Shown: positions 9,732 to 18,306 of the stretch, in pieces
Numbering within the stretch: position 1 is the stretch's first letter
How the letters are laid out: every line of letters starts with the position of its first letter
NCBI GenBank assembly: GCA_965224465.1
Contig: OZ245049.1
Coordinates: 4,050,001-4,082,000, forward strand
DNA length: 32,000 bases
Source of the DNA: Flavobacteriaceae bacterium
GTDB taxonomy: Bacteria; Bacteroidota; Bacteroidia; Flavobacteriales; Flavobacteriaceae
Reading direction: 5' to 3'
Program-made: the position numbers and the translations under genes
Notes under the pieces: generated by a model
What the model saw: only the letters and a program-made list of their open reading frames with translations
Told to the model about the DNA's origin: nothing
Databases searched by the model: none

Positions 9732-9757
9732 TTAGGGAGTAGAAACCTACTCCCTAA
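9732..9757 (+). promoter_or_regulatory. Perfect 11-bp stem / 4-nt loop hairpin between the giant gene and porP/sprF-like gene (function unknown: attenuator, processing or stability element)
   Basis: TTAGGGAGTAG (9732-9742), aaac, CTACTCCCTAA (9747-9757). It starts 10 nt after the stop codon. It is followed by CAATAAAAAAAC rather than a T-tract, so it is not a canonical intrinsic terminator. Confidence 0.45.
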
Positions 9758-9775
9758 CAATAAAAAAACACAGAG

Positions 9776-10699
9776 ATGAAAAGATTTAGTGAGATAATTT
9801 TAGTAGTGGGCGTATTCCTATTTAGTGTTTTAGCTAAGGCGCAGCAGGATCCACAATACACACAGTATATGTATAATATGAATGTCATAAACCCAGCATA
9901 TGCAGGTTCTCAAGGAACTTTAAGTATAGGTCTGTTGTACAGAACTCAATGGGTAGGGTTTGAAGGAGCGCCGAAAACAGTTACGGCTTCTATCAATGCA
10001 CCTGTTGGTAGAAATGTTGGATTAGGATTTACTGCGATAGCCGATGAAATAGGCCCTGTAAAGGAGCAGAATATATATGCAGATTTTTCATATACAATAA
10101 ACACCTCGGATGTCGGTCGTTTGGCATTTGGTATAAAAGGTGGGGCAACTTTTCAGCGAATAGATTTTCAAGGATTGACTACAGTAGAGAAAGAAGATCC
10201 ACTGATTGATGTAAATAACTTGAATGAAATTTATCCGAACGTGGGAGCAGGAGTGTTTTATTACGCAGAACGCTTTTACGCAGGGGTATCGATCCCTAAT
10301 ATTTTAGAGACGCGTTATTTTGAAAAAAATGGAGGTGCGATAAGTAAGGCATCGGAAAAAATGCATTACTTTTTTACAACAGGTTATGTATTTGATTTAT
10401 CAGAAAGTTTAAAGTTTAAGCCTTCAATGTTGGTAAAAGCTGCAACGGGAGCTCCAGTTTCAATTGATTTGTCGGGAAATGTTTTAATTCATGAGAAAAT
10501 AGAATTGGGATTGTCTTATAGGTTGGATGATTCTGTGAGTGCTATCATAAGTTTATTTGTGCAACCAAATTTCAGAATTGGATATGCGTATGATTATACA
10601 ACTTCAAATTTAGGAGATTACAATTCAGGAAGTCACGAGATCATGTTACATTATAATATTGATAATTCACGTCAAGGGAAATCACCTAGATTCTTTTAA
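9776..10699 (+). CDS. PorP/SprF-family type IX secretion system outer-membrane protein
   Basis: Signal peptide followed by the family-defining N-terminal motif AQQDPQYTQYMYNMNVINPAYAG. About 300 aa of beta-barrel-like sequence ending in ...SPRFF. Located directly downstream of a type B CTD cargo gene, as for sprB-sprF. Confidence 0.9.
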   Translation: MKRFSEIILVVGVFLFSVLAKAQQDPQYTQYMYNMNVINPAYAGSQGTLSIGLLYRTQWVGFEGAPKTVTASINAPVGRNVGLGFTAIADEIGPVKEQNIYADFSYTINTSDVGRLAFGIKGGATFQRIDFQGLTTVEKEDPLIDVNNLNEIYPNVGAGVFYYAERFYAGVSIPNILETRYFEKNGGAISKASEKMHYFFTTGYVFDLSESLKFKPSMLVKAATGAPVSIDLSGNVLIHEKIELGLSYRLDDSVSAIISLFVQPNFRIGYAYDYTTSNLGDYNSGSHEIMLHYNIDNSRQGKSPRFF

Positions 10700-10710
10700 A
10701 AAAATCAGTT

Positions 10711-12294
10711 ATGAAAAAATTGTTACTATTATTAGTGTGCCTAGGTGTTCAAATTACGTATGCACAAAACGAAGAACGTTATACGATAAGAAATATAGAG
10801 GCGAATAATAAATATTCAAATTTTGGAACTTCTTATTATGGTTCAAACCAAATTGTATTTGCATCTCCTCAAAAAAGAAGTTTTGTGATACAAAATAATT
10901 GGAAGCCAAACGGACAACCATTTTTAGACTTGTTTATCGGAGATATGACTCCTAGTGGAGAGATTGAAAATGTGAAGAAGTTTTCTGGAAAATTAAACAC
11001 CAAATGGCATGAGGCAGATGTTGTGTTTAGCAAAGATGGGAATACAGTTTATTTTACACGAAGCAATTATTTTAATGGCAAGTACGGAAAGGATAAAGAA
11101 GGTGTAAATAACTTAAAATTATTTAAAGCAGTTGTTGGCACTAAAGGAGAATGGAATGGTATTGAGTCTGTTCATTTTAATAGTGATGCCTACTCGGTGG
11201 GACATCCAGCCTTATCTTTAGATGGGAAAACACTGTATTTTATTTCGGACATGCCAGGGAGTATCGGTAAGACAGATATTTTTAAAGTCTCTGTTTCTAG
11301 TAATGGAACTTTGGGAGTTCCTACGAATTTAGGAGAGCATATCAATACGCCTGGAAGAGAAATGTTTCCTTTTATAGGAGCAGACCAAGTGTTGTATTTT
11401 GCATCAGATAGCAGGGCAGAAGGCTTGGGAGGTTTAGATATTTACCGTTCCGATCTAAAAGGGGGGACTCCAGTAAATTTAGGGGTACCCATCAATAGTG
11501 TAAATGATGATTTCGCTTTTATTTTTAATACAAAAAAGAAGAGTGGATATTTTTCATCCAATCGTAAAGGAGGAAAAGGAGACGATGATATTTATTATTT
11601 CACAGACAATCAAGAGGTGTCAAAAAAATGTAAGCAAGCAATTAGTGGAGTCGTTTTAGATAGAAGCACTCGGGAAAAGATACCGTATGCACTTGTTGAA
11701 ATATTAGAGAAAGGAAGTACTATTAAATCAATTCAGACGGAGAGTAATGCTAAATTTGCATTCCAGGCAGATTGTGAGAAAACGTATAAAATAGTGGGAG
11801 TGAAAAAAGGATATGAAAATTATAGCATTGTTTTCGATACTACAGACGATCCTAATTTAAAAATACGATTGAACTTAGATTTGGATAAAGAGCGTGGTGA
11901 CTTTGTAGTAACACCAGAGCGTACAATAATCAATATTAATCCTATTTATTTTGATTTTGATAAGTGGAATATACGTTCAGACGCAGCATTTGAATTAAAT
12001 AAAGTGGTATCTGTGATGCTACAATATCCGCAACTTAAGATAGAAGGCACATCACATACAGACAGTCGAGGAAGAGATAGCTACAATCAACAATTGTCAC
12101 AAAAAAGAGCACAGTCTACCGTTGATTATATTATTAGTAGAGGGATTTCTTCTGCTCGGATTTATGCAAAAGGCTATGGAGAATATCAGTTGACAAATCA
12201 ATGTTCAAATAATGTAAAATGTTCTGAAAGAGAGCATCAGTTAAATCGTAGAACTGAATTTGTAGTGTTGAATCCAGGGTTTATAAATAGATAA
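10711..12294 (+). CDS. OmpA-family peptidoglycan-binding protein with TolB-like (PD40/WD40-like) beta-propeller repeats and a CarboxypepD_reg-like domain
   Basis: Signal peptide MKKLLLLLVCLGVQITYAQ. Repeated S-x-DG-x-x-LYF-x-S...G-x-x-DIY motifs (FSKDGNTVYFTRS, LSLDGKTLYFISD...TDIFKV, LYFASD...GLDIYRS, GDDDIYYF). The C-terminal OmpA-like domain has NPIYFDFDKWNIR...SHTDSRG...YNQQLSQKRAQSTVDYI...NRRTEFVV. Confidence 0.9.
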   Translation: MKKLLLLLVCLGVQITYAQNEERYTIRNIEANNKYSNFGTSYYGSNQIVFASPQKRSFVIQNNWKPNGQPFLDLFIGDMTPSGEIENVKKFSGKLNTKWHEADVVFSKDGNTVYFTRSNYFNGKYGKDKEGVNNLKLFKAVVGTKGEWNGIESVHFNSDAYSVGHPALSLDGKTLYFISDMPGSIGKTDIFKVSVSSNGTLGVPTNLGEHINTPGREMFPFIGADQVLYFASDSRAEGLGGLDIYRSDLKGGTPVNLGVPINSVNDDFAFIFNTKKKSGYFSSNRKGGKGDDDIYYFTDNQEVSKKCKQAISGVVLDRSTREKIPYALVEILEKGSTIKSIQTESNAKFAFQADCEKTYKIVGVKKGYENYSIVFDTTDDPNLKIRLNLDLDKERGDFVVTPERTIININPIYFDFDKWNIRSDAAFELNKVVSVMLQYPQLKIEGTSHTDSRGRDSYNQQLSQKRAQSTVDYIISRGISSARIYAKGYGEYQLTNQCSNNVKCSEREHQLNRRTEFVVLNPGFINR

Positions 12295-12341
12295 GATAGT
12301 TCACATTCATACTGTTGTTTTTGAATGTTTTAAGTGATTTT

Positions 12342-12377
12342 AAAAAGCATTGTTCATTATTTGGGCAATGCTTTTTT
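12342..12377 (+). terminator. Rho-independent terminator closing the adhesin/PorP/OmpA unit
   Basis: AAAAAGCATTG (12342-12352) pairs with CAATGCTTTTT (12366-12376) around a 13-nt loop and runs into a T6 tract, 48 nt after the ompA-family stop. A weaker hairpin (ACATTCA 12303-12309 / TGAATGT 12322-12328) precedes it. Confidence 0.75.
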
Positions 12378-12530
12378 GTTTAAAATGATTTCCCAAACGA
12401 ATGGTAGCGTTGAATCGTAATTAATTGGATTACAAGTGTTTTTGTTTAGTTGGAAAACAGGTAGAGAATCAATGCCTCTGTTCTATTTTTTACAAGGAAA
12501 ACATAAAATAGGCTTGGTTTGTATCAGTAC

Positions 12531-12610
12531 CTTAGCTATCGTTCTGTTTTTTAACAACGCTAGCATGTAAAACAAACTATTTATATCGGTTATTTTGGAT
12601 TGTAGGAGGT
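12531..12610 (+). repeat. 80-bp intergenic element, copy A (upstream of rfbA)
   Basis: Gap-free alignment with 13848-13927 gives 72/80 identical positions by hand count. Shared core aaactatttatatcggtNNttttggattgtag. Confidence 0.85.
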
Positions 12611-12854
12611 ATAAATACGAATTGTGCTTGTTAGGACTGATTCTAAATGATATTTGAGCATGTGTGAACTGATTTTATAGCTGTATTTAACATGCTGAAT
12701 TTTTGTGTAATAGGTGTTTTTTGAAGGTGTTCTTCTGCGGTTTTTGAGTTTAGAACACGTTGTAAAAAGAATGCTTAAGAAACATTTGTGTTAGGATTGT
12801 TGCTTTTTCTTTTGATTTAACTAATTTAGCTTTTTAAGCGAAACGAATAAAATT

Positions 12855-13730
12855 ATGAAGGGAATACTCTTGGCAGGAGGTCATGGAACACGATTGTACC
12901 CTGTAACAAAAGGAACGTCAAAACAGTTATTGGCAATTTACGATAAGCCAATGGTTTATTATCCGTTATCAGTATTAATGCAAGCAGGTATATCAGAGGT
13001 TCTGATTATTTCTACTCCGAAGGATTTGGATAGTTTTAGGCATTTGTTCGGTGATGGTTCTTCGTTGGGGATGCAGTTTTCTTATATAGAGCAGCCCTCT
13101 CCTGATGGATTAGCACAAGCATTTATACTTGGTGAATCTTTTATTGGTGATGATGATGTCTGCTTGGTGTTGGGAGATAATATTTTCCACGGAGAAGGAT
13201 TGACTAAGTTGATCGAGAATGCTGTTTTAAATGTTGAACAATATCAAAAGGCAAGTGTATTTGGGTATTATGTAAGTGAACCTGAAAGATATGGTGTAGC
13301 CGAATTTGATAGTCAAAATACAGTAGTAAGTATTGAAGAGAAACCGAAATTCCCTAAAAGTAATTATGCTGTTGTAGGGCTTTATTTTTATCCAAATTCA
13401 GTAGTTAGCGTTGCAAAAACAATCACGCCTAGTGAACGTGGAGAATTGGAAATAACAAGTGTAAATCAACATTATTTATGCCAAGGAGCATTGAAGATGG
13501 AAATTATGGGACGTGGCTATGCTTGGTTGGATACTGGAACTCATGACTCTCTTTTAGAAGCCGCTAATTTTGTGCAGACAATTGAAAAAAGACAAGGGTT
13601 GAAAATTGCGTGTCTTGAAGAAATAGCTTTTAATAGAGGTTGGATCGATAAAAAACAATTAGTCATGATTGCAGAACCAATGAAAGCAACTCCCTATGGT
13701 CAGTATTTATTAAAATTGACCGATAGCTAA
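12855..13730 (+). CDS. rfbA: Glucose-1-phosphate thymidylyltransferase
   Basis: Canonical RmlA N-terminus [46 protein letters not shown], plus [14 protein letters not shown] and [16 protein letters not shown]. Length 291 aa. Confidence 0.95.
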   Translation: MKGILLAGGHGTRLYPVTKGTSKQLLAIYDKPMVYYPLSVLMQAGISEVLIISTPKDLDSFRHLFGDGSSLGMQFSYIEQPSPDGLAQAFILGESFIGDDDVCLVLGDNIFHGEGLTKLIENAVLNVEQYQKASVFGYYVSEPERYGVAEFDSQNTVVSIEEKPKFPKSNYAVVGLYFYPNSVVSVAKTITPSERGELEITSVNQHYLCQGALKMEIMGRGYAWLDTGTHDSLLEAANFVQTIEKRQGLKIACLEEIAFNRGWIDKKQLVMIAEPMKATPYGQYLLKLTDS

Positions 13731-13776
13731 TCCCTAATAATACCAAATACATTTTCAAGTGACGGTTTAGAAATAG

Positions 13777-13810
13777 AATAAACTATTTATATCGGTCATT
13801 TTGGATTTTA
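13777..13810 (+). repeat. Partial third copy (core only) of the intergenic element, copy B
   Basis: aataaactatttatatcggtcattttggatttta shares the ~29-nt core with copies A and C but lacks their 5-prime 40 nt. Confidence 0.7.
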
Positions 13811-13847
13811 ATAGGCAGTATAGCTAGGCGAATAATCTAAGGATATC

Positions 13848-13927
13848 CTCAGCTATCGTTCTATTTTTTAACAATGCTAGAATGTAAAACAAACTATTTA
13901 TATCGGTCGTTTTGGATTGTAGTTGGT
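13848..13927 (+). repeat. 80-bp intergenic element, copy C (between rfbA and rfbC)
   Basis: Direct-orientation repeat of 12531-12610 (72/80 identical, no gaps). It ends 20 nt before the rfbC start codon. Confidence 0.85.
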
Positions 13928-13946
13928 CTAACACTCATTAAGAAAT

Positions 13947-14519
13947 ATGAAATTTATAAAAAGTGCTATTCCGGATGTAATTATTTGTGAACCAACAGTT
14001 TTTGGGGATCACCGTGGTTATTTTATGGAATCTTTTAAACAAGAAGAATTGAATGTGTATTTAGGTTTTAATGTCAATTTTATCCAAGATAACGAGTCCA
14101 TGTCTACTTTTGGTGTTCTAAGAGGGATGCATTTTCAAAAAGGGATGCATTCACAGTCTAAATTAGTACGTGTAGTTTCTGGAAAGGTACTGGATGTGGT
14201 TGTAGATTTAAGAACAGATAGTGCGACATTTAAACACGTATTTTCTATTGAACTGTCGGCAGAAAATAAACGACAATTATTTGTGCCAAAAGGATTTGCT
14301 CATGGCTATGTAGTATTGAGTGATGTTGCGGTTTTCCAGTATAAAATAGACGCCCTTTATTCTCCTGAAAACGAATCTGGTTTTAGGTATAATGATCCCG
14401 TATTGAATATTGATTGGAAAGTGTTACCAAAAGATATTGTTGTTTCGGAGAAAGATAGGGAGCAATCAAGTTTTAATAATACGTCGTTTTTCACGAGTTC
14501 AAAAGATTTATATGTATAA
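13947..14519 (+). CDS. rfbC: dTDP-4-dehydrorhamnose 3,5-epimerase
   Basis: IPDVIICEPTVFGDHRGYFMESF, VLRGMHFQ, KLVRVVSGKVLDVVVDLR and FVPKGFAHGY are hallmark RmlC cupin motifs. Length 190 aa. Confidence 0.95.
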   Translation: MKFIKSAIPDVIICEPTVFGDHRGYFMESFKQEELNVYLGFNVNFIQDNESMSTFGVLRGMHFQKGMHSQSKLVRVVSGKVLDVVVDLRTDSATFKHVFSIELSAENKRQLFVPKGFAHGYVVLSDVAVFQYKIDALYSPENESGFRYNDPVLNIDWKVLPKDIVVSEKDREQSSFNNTSFFTSSKDLYV

Positions 14520-15381
14520 TATTCTTGTTACTGGAGCAGCAGGGCAGTTGGGGACATGTATTGCTGATTGTAGGGATGATAAACAAGGGGATCGTTATTT
14601 TTTTGTAAGCAAACAGGTCGTTGATATTGCTGATTTGGAAGCGCTTTTTAGCTACTGTCAAAAGCATCAGATAGATGTTATTATCAATTGTGCCGCTTAT
14701 ACAAAGGTTGATCAAGCAGAATCCGAGGTAGAACTTGCTTATAGCATCAATCAAGAAGGTGCAAAAAATGTTGCTATTGTAGCGAAAAAATTAGCTTGTA
14801 AACTCATTCATATTTCTACGGATTATGTATTTGAAGGAAAAGGAACAACCGCTTTTAAGGAAGATGGTTTTACAGATCCTGTAACAGTATACGGAAAAAG
14901 TAAATTGGCGGGCGAATTGGAAATCAAGGAGGTGAATCCGTCTAATTCTCTTATTATTAGGACTTCTTGGTTGTACTCAGAATACGGATCTAATTTTTTG
15001 TTGACGATGCTGCGTTTGGCTCGTGAGAAGAAATTAATTTCTGTGGTTGACGACCAACATGGGTGTCCTACCTATGCAAAAGATTTGGCAACTGTTATTC
15101 TAGGAATTATCCCTGTATTGTCTGCGGATAATGTAAAGGTGTATCATTTTTCAAATAAAAATCCCACTACTTGGTATTTTTTTGCTGAGAAAATAATAAA
15201 AACAGTGTCGGATGACTTAAAGCTTGTCCCTATAAAAACAAGTGCGTTTATTACAGTAGCTAAACGACCTGTTTATAGTGTCTTAGATTGTACACGTATA
15301 AAAAAAGACTTTGCTGTTACAATTAGATCATGGGAAATTGCGTTAGAAGAATGTCTAGCTAATTTATGGAGGTCTTCGTAG
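14512..15381 (+). CDS. rfbD: dTDP-4-dehydrorhamnose reductase
   Basis: Start moved from the listed TTG at 14410 to the ATG at 14512, giving MYNILVTGAAGQLG (Rossmann GxxGxxG at the N-terminus). This start overlaps the rfbC stop in ATGTATAA. STDYVF and YGKSK (YxxxK) catalytic motifs are present. Confidence 0.9.
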   Translation: MYNILVTGAAGQLGTCIADCRDDKQGDRYFFVSKQVVDIADLEALFSYCQKHQIDVIINCAAYTKVDQAESEVELAYSINQEGAKNVAIVAKKLACKLIHISTDYVFEGKGTTAFKEDGFTDPVTVYGKSKLAGELEIKEVNPSNSLIIRTSWLYSEYGSNFLLTMLRLAREKKLISVVDDQHGCPTYAKDLATVILGIIPVLSADNVKVYHFSNKNPTTWYFFAEKIIKTVSDDLKLVPIKTSAFITVAKRPVYSVLDCTRIKKDFAVTIRSWEIALEECLANLWRSS

Positions 15382-15494
15382 GTAAATAAGAGTATTGAGA
15401 CCTTGTATTTTAGGTATTGATATTGAGTTAGTTGAGGTAATAGATGTTCTTGTCTCTTTTAAAAATGATGACAAGGCTAAATATGATAAGCGGG

Positions 15495-16499
15495 ATGAAA
15501 ACAATTTTAGTGACAGGTGGAGCAGGGTTTATTGGTGCTAATTTTATAGAATATATAATTAAAGAGCATCCTTCCTATGCGGTAGTAAATCTTGATAAAT
15601 TAACGTATGCAGGTGATCTAACGCATTTAAAAAGCGTAGAAAATCATGTCAATTATACTTTTGTTAAAGGCGATATATGTGACAGGGCATTGCTTGAGCA
15701 TCTTTTTGTGACGCATGATATAAGAGGTGTCTTTCACCTAGCCGCGGAGTCTCATGTTGATAATTCTATTGCGAATCCTGGAGTGTTTATAGAAACCAAT
15801 GTAAAGGGAACATTTACCGTATTGGATGTTGCGTATAAATATTGGATGGATAGTCCACATCAATTTAAAGCGGGCTATGAACTTTGTAGGTTTTTACATG
15901 TTTCTACTGACGAAGTGTATGGTAGTCTTGGAGAAAAAGGATTGTTTACAGAAGATTCTCCCTATGCACCAAATTCTCCTTATAGCGCTTCTAAAGCAAG
16001 TAGCGACATGTTGGTTAGAAGTTATTTTCACACCTATGGCATGCCGACGGTAATTACTAATTGTTCCAATAATTATGGGCCTAAACAACATCAAGAAAAA
16101 CTAATACCTACAGTGATTCGTAAAATACAAGCCAATCAAGAAATTCCAGTCTATGGAGATGGGAAAAATATTAGAGACTGGTTGTATGTAAAAGATCACT
16201 GCAAGGGCTTGCTACTTGCCTTTGAAAAAGGTGAGATAGGAAATGTCTATACCATTGGAGGAAGAAACGAATTGTCCAATTTACAGATTGTAAGGTTGAT
16301 TTGTGATCTAATGGATTCCTTTTTGGAAAAGGAACAGGGTACTAGCAAGAAATTGATTTCTTTTGTGAAAGATAGAGCAGGTCATGACTTTAGATATGCG
16401 ATTGACGCAAAAAAAATAGAAACTACTTTAGGTTGGAAGGCCTCAGAGAATTTTAAAACAGGAATACAAAAAACCATTGCATGGTATTTGAATAATTAA
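15495..16499 (+). CDS. rfbB: dTDP-glucose 4,6-dehydratase
   Basis: Start placed at the ATG at 15495 (MKTILVTGGAGFIGANF). HLAAESHVD, VSTDEVYG, YSASKASSD and NCSNNYGP are typical RmlB motifs. Confidence 0.92.
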   Translation: MKTILVTGGAGFIGANFIEYIIKEHPSYAVVNLDKLTYAGDLTHLKSVENHVNYTFVKGDICDRALLEHLFVTHDIRGVFHLAAESHVDNSIANPGVFIETNVKGTFTVLDVAYKYWMDSPHQFKAGYELCRFLHVSTDEVYGSLGEKGLFTEDSPYAPNSPYSASKASSDMLVRSYFHTYGMPTVITNCSNNYGPKQHQEKLIPTVIRKIQANQEIPVYGDGKNIRDWLYVKDHCKGLLLAFEKGEIGNVYTIGGRNELSNLQIVRLICDLMDSFLEKEQGTSKKLISFVKDRAGHDFRYAIDAKKIETTLGWKASENFKTGIQKTIAWYLNN

Positions 16500-16501
16500 A
16501 T

Positions 16502-17452
16502 ATGGATACAAAGAATTTTGCCTTATTAGGGGCTGCAGGCTATATTGCGCCACGTCATTTAAAAGCGATTAAAGAAACGGGGAATACACTTATCGCTGCC
16601 TTAGATAAGAATGATAGTGTAGGTGTTTTGGATAGTTATTTTCCAAAAGCTCATTTTTTTGTAGAGTTCGAGCGTTTTGATCGTCATATTGAAAAAATTA
16701 CGCGACAGGACAAAGTTTCTTTGGATTATGTAAGTATTTGTACACCGAATTATTTACATGATTCTCATATTAGAATGGCGCTTCGAAGAGGTGCAAGTGC
16801 TATTTGTGAAAAACCATTGGTATTAAATCCTTGGAATATAGACGCATTGGTCGCTATAGAAAAAGAGTCCGAGGGGTCTATTAATTCTATTTTACAGTTG
16901 AGATTACATCCAAGTATCATTGCTTTAAAGGAAAAAATAGCAAAGGGCCCAAAAGATAAAATTTATGATGTGGATTTGACCTATCTTACCTCAAGGGGTA
17001 ATTGGTATCATGTTTCATGGAAAGGAGATGCTTCAAAATCAGGGGGCATTGCTACCAATATTGGCGTTCATTTTTATGATATGTTGAGTTGGGTTTTTGG
17101 TCCATTAAAAAGTAATGTAGTACATGAGCGCAAACAAGACAGTGCTGCTGGTTATTTGGAGTTTGAGCAGGCGCGAGTTCGTTGGTTTTTGTCTATTAAC
17201 GAAGAATTACTTCCTAAAGATATTGCAGCGAGAGGACAAAGAACATATCGGTCTATTACGGTAAATGATGAAGAGATTGAATTTAGTGGAGGTTTTACGG
17301 ATTTACATACGCTGAGTTATGAGGCTATTTTAAAGGGGAATGGCTTTGGATTGGAAGCTTCCAGGACTTCAATAGAAATTGTACATGATATTAGAAATGC
17401 AGAGATCTCAAGAAAAACAGGTGATTTTCACCCTTTTATACTTAGGGGTTAG
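16502..17452 (+). CDS. Gfo/Idh/MocA-family oxidoreductase, WbpB/WlbA-like (UDP-2-acetamido-2-deoxy-glucuronate 3-dehydrogenase type)
   Basis: FALLGAAGYIAPRHLKAIKETGN, DYVSICTPNYLH, ICEKPL, SRGNWY..SWKGD, ATNIGVHFYDML, ARVRWFLS and YRSITVN..EIEFS.GFTDLHT match the WbpB/WlbA subfamily as I recall it. Same length class (316 aa). The ATG lies 2 nt after the rfbB stop. Confidence 0.75.
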   Translation: MDTKNFALLGAAGYIAPRHLKAIKETGNTLIAALDKNDSVGVLDSYFPKAHFFVEFERFDRHIEKITRQDKVSLDYVSICTPNYLHDSHIRMALRRGASAICEKPLVLNPWNIDALVAIEKESEGSINSILQLRLHPSIIALKEKIAKGPKDKIYDVDLTYLTSRGNWYHVSWKGDASKSGGIATNIGVHFYDMLSWVFGPLKSNVVHERKQDSAAGYLEFEQARVRWFLSINEELLPKDIAARGQRTYRSITVNDEEIEFSGGFTDLHTLSYEAILKGNGFGLEASRTSIEIVHDIRNAEISRKTGDFHPFILRG

Positions 17453-17688
17453 GACTTGTTGTTGTGGGATTTAGTTAGTGGTAAAGGCTAACGGTTTTAG
17501 CTGTACAAATCACGAGTTCTCAATGAAAAAAACAGAGAAACAACTCAATGTTTGGAATGTTTTATGTAGTTTTACCGAACAAAAGAACAGGGGGTTTTGA
17601 CTGCTCAAAATGGGGTTTTTAAAGATAACGAAAAGCATCTTTTTAGATGTTTGCTATTTAGAAAAAATTGAATAGAAATATAAAAAAC

Positions 17689-18195
17689 ATGAATTGGTTT
17701 GCCCTATATACTGCCCCTAGAGCGGAGAAAAAAGTATTAGAGAGGCTTGAAAAAGAAGGGTACATTGTATATTTGCCCTTGTTGTCAACAATAAAGCAAT
17801 GGAGTGATCGAAAGAAAAAGGTGGAAGTTCCTTTAATTTCTTCCTATGTTTTTATTCAAATTGATTCCTTGTCTTTACAAAAAGTAAGGGCTATTTTTGG
17901 TGTTGTGGGCGTATTAAATTTTCTCGGAAAACCAGCAATTGTTAAGGATGTTGAAATTAATAATTTAAGAATTTTATTAAGAGAAAATAATGCTATTAAA
18001 TTATTAAAAGATGTACGAATTCCTAAAGGAACACCTGTCCAAGTAGTAAAAGGACAAATGACAGGTGTAATTGGTGAAATGGTACATTACAAAGGGAAAA
18101 TTAAAGTAATTGTCCGTGTGGAAGCATGTGGCACATTAGTTGATGTAGAGGTGCCTTTGTCTTTTGTAGAGGAGATAAAGGAAAATAAAGAATAA
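17689..18195 (+). CDS. UpxY-family (NusG-like) transcription antiterminator
   Basis: The ATG at 17689 is preferred over the TTG at 17668. NGN domain WFALYTAPRAEKKVLERLEKEGYIVYLPL...KKVEVPLISSYVFIQ. C-terminal KOW-like GTPVQVVKGQMTGVIGEMV. Preceded by a 236-nt gene-free leader. Confidence 0.8.
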   Translation: MNWFALYTAPRAEKKVLERLEKEGYIVYLPLLSTIKQWSDRKKKVEVPLISSYVFIQIDSLSLQKVRAIFGVVGVLNFLGKPAIVKDVEINNLRILLRENNAIKLLKDVRIPKGTPVQVVKGQMTGVIGEMVHYKGKIKVIVRVEACGTLVDVEVPLSFVEEIKENKE

Positions 18196-18306
18196 AAGAA
18201 ATAAAGCTGTTGAGGTAACAATCAATAGTTTTTGTGATATATAAGCATAATATTGTTGTTAGTTCATCGCTAAGATGTGACTGACCGTGGCGAAGCCGTG
18301 AAAAGA

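Noticed and set aside
14410-14511. Upstream TTG extension of rfbD (listed ORF start 14410)
   Set aside because: The extension overlaps 110 nt of rfbC in another frame and encodes no conserved sequence. The ATG at 14512 puts the Rossmann GxxGxxG motif at the N-terminus, as in RmlD.
15444-15494. Upstream extension of rfbB (MFLSLLKMMTRLNMISG)
   Set aside because: RmlB proteins start a few residues before the GGAGFIG motif. The ATG at 15495 fits, and the extension has no counterpart in the family.
14491-16094. Small ORFs inside rfbD and rfbB (14491-14754 minus, 15826-16053 plus, 15894-16094 minus)
   Set aside because: They are fully nested in strongly supported genes, in alternative frames, with low-complexity products.
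17453-17688. Bacteroides-style invertible promoter upstream of the upxY-like gene
   Set aside because: I could find no inverted repeats of the required length (about 15-25 bp) flanking the leader. Only 5-7 bp hairpins and short direct repeats are present. No site-specific recombinase gene is in the window.
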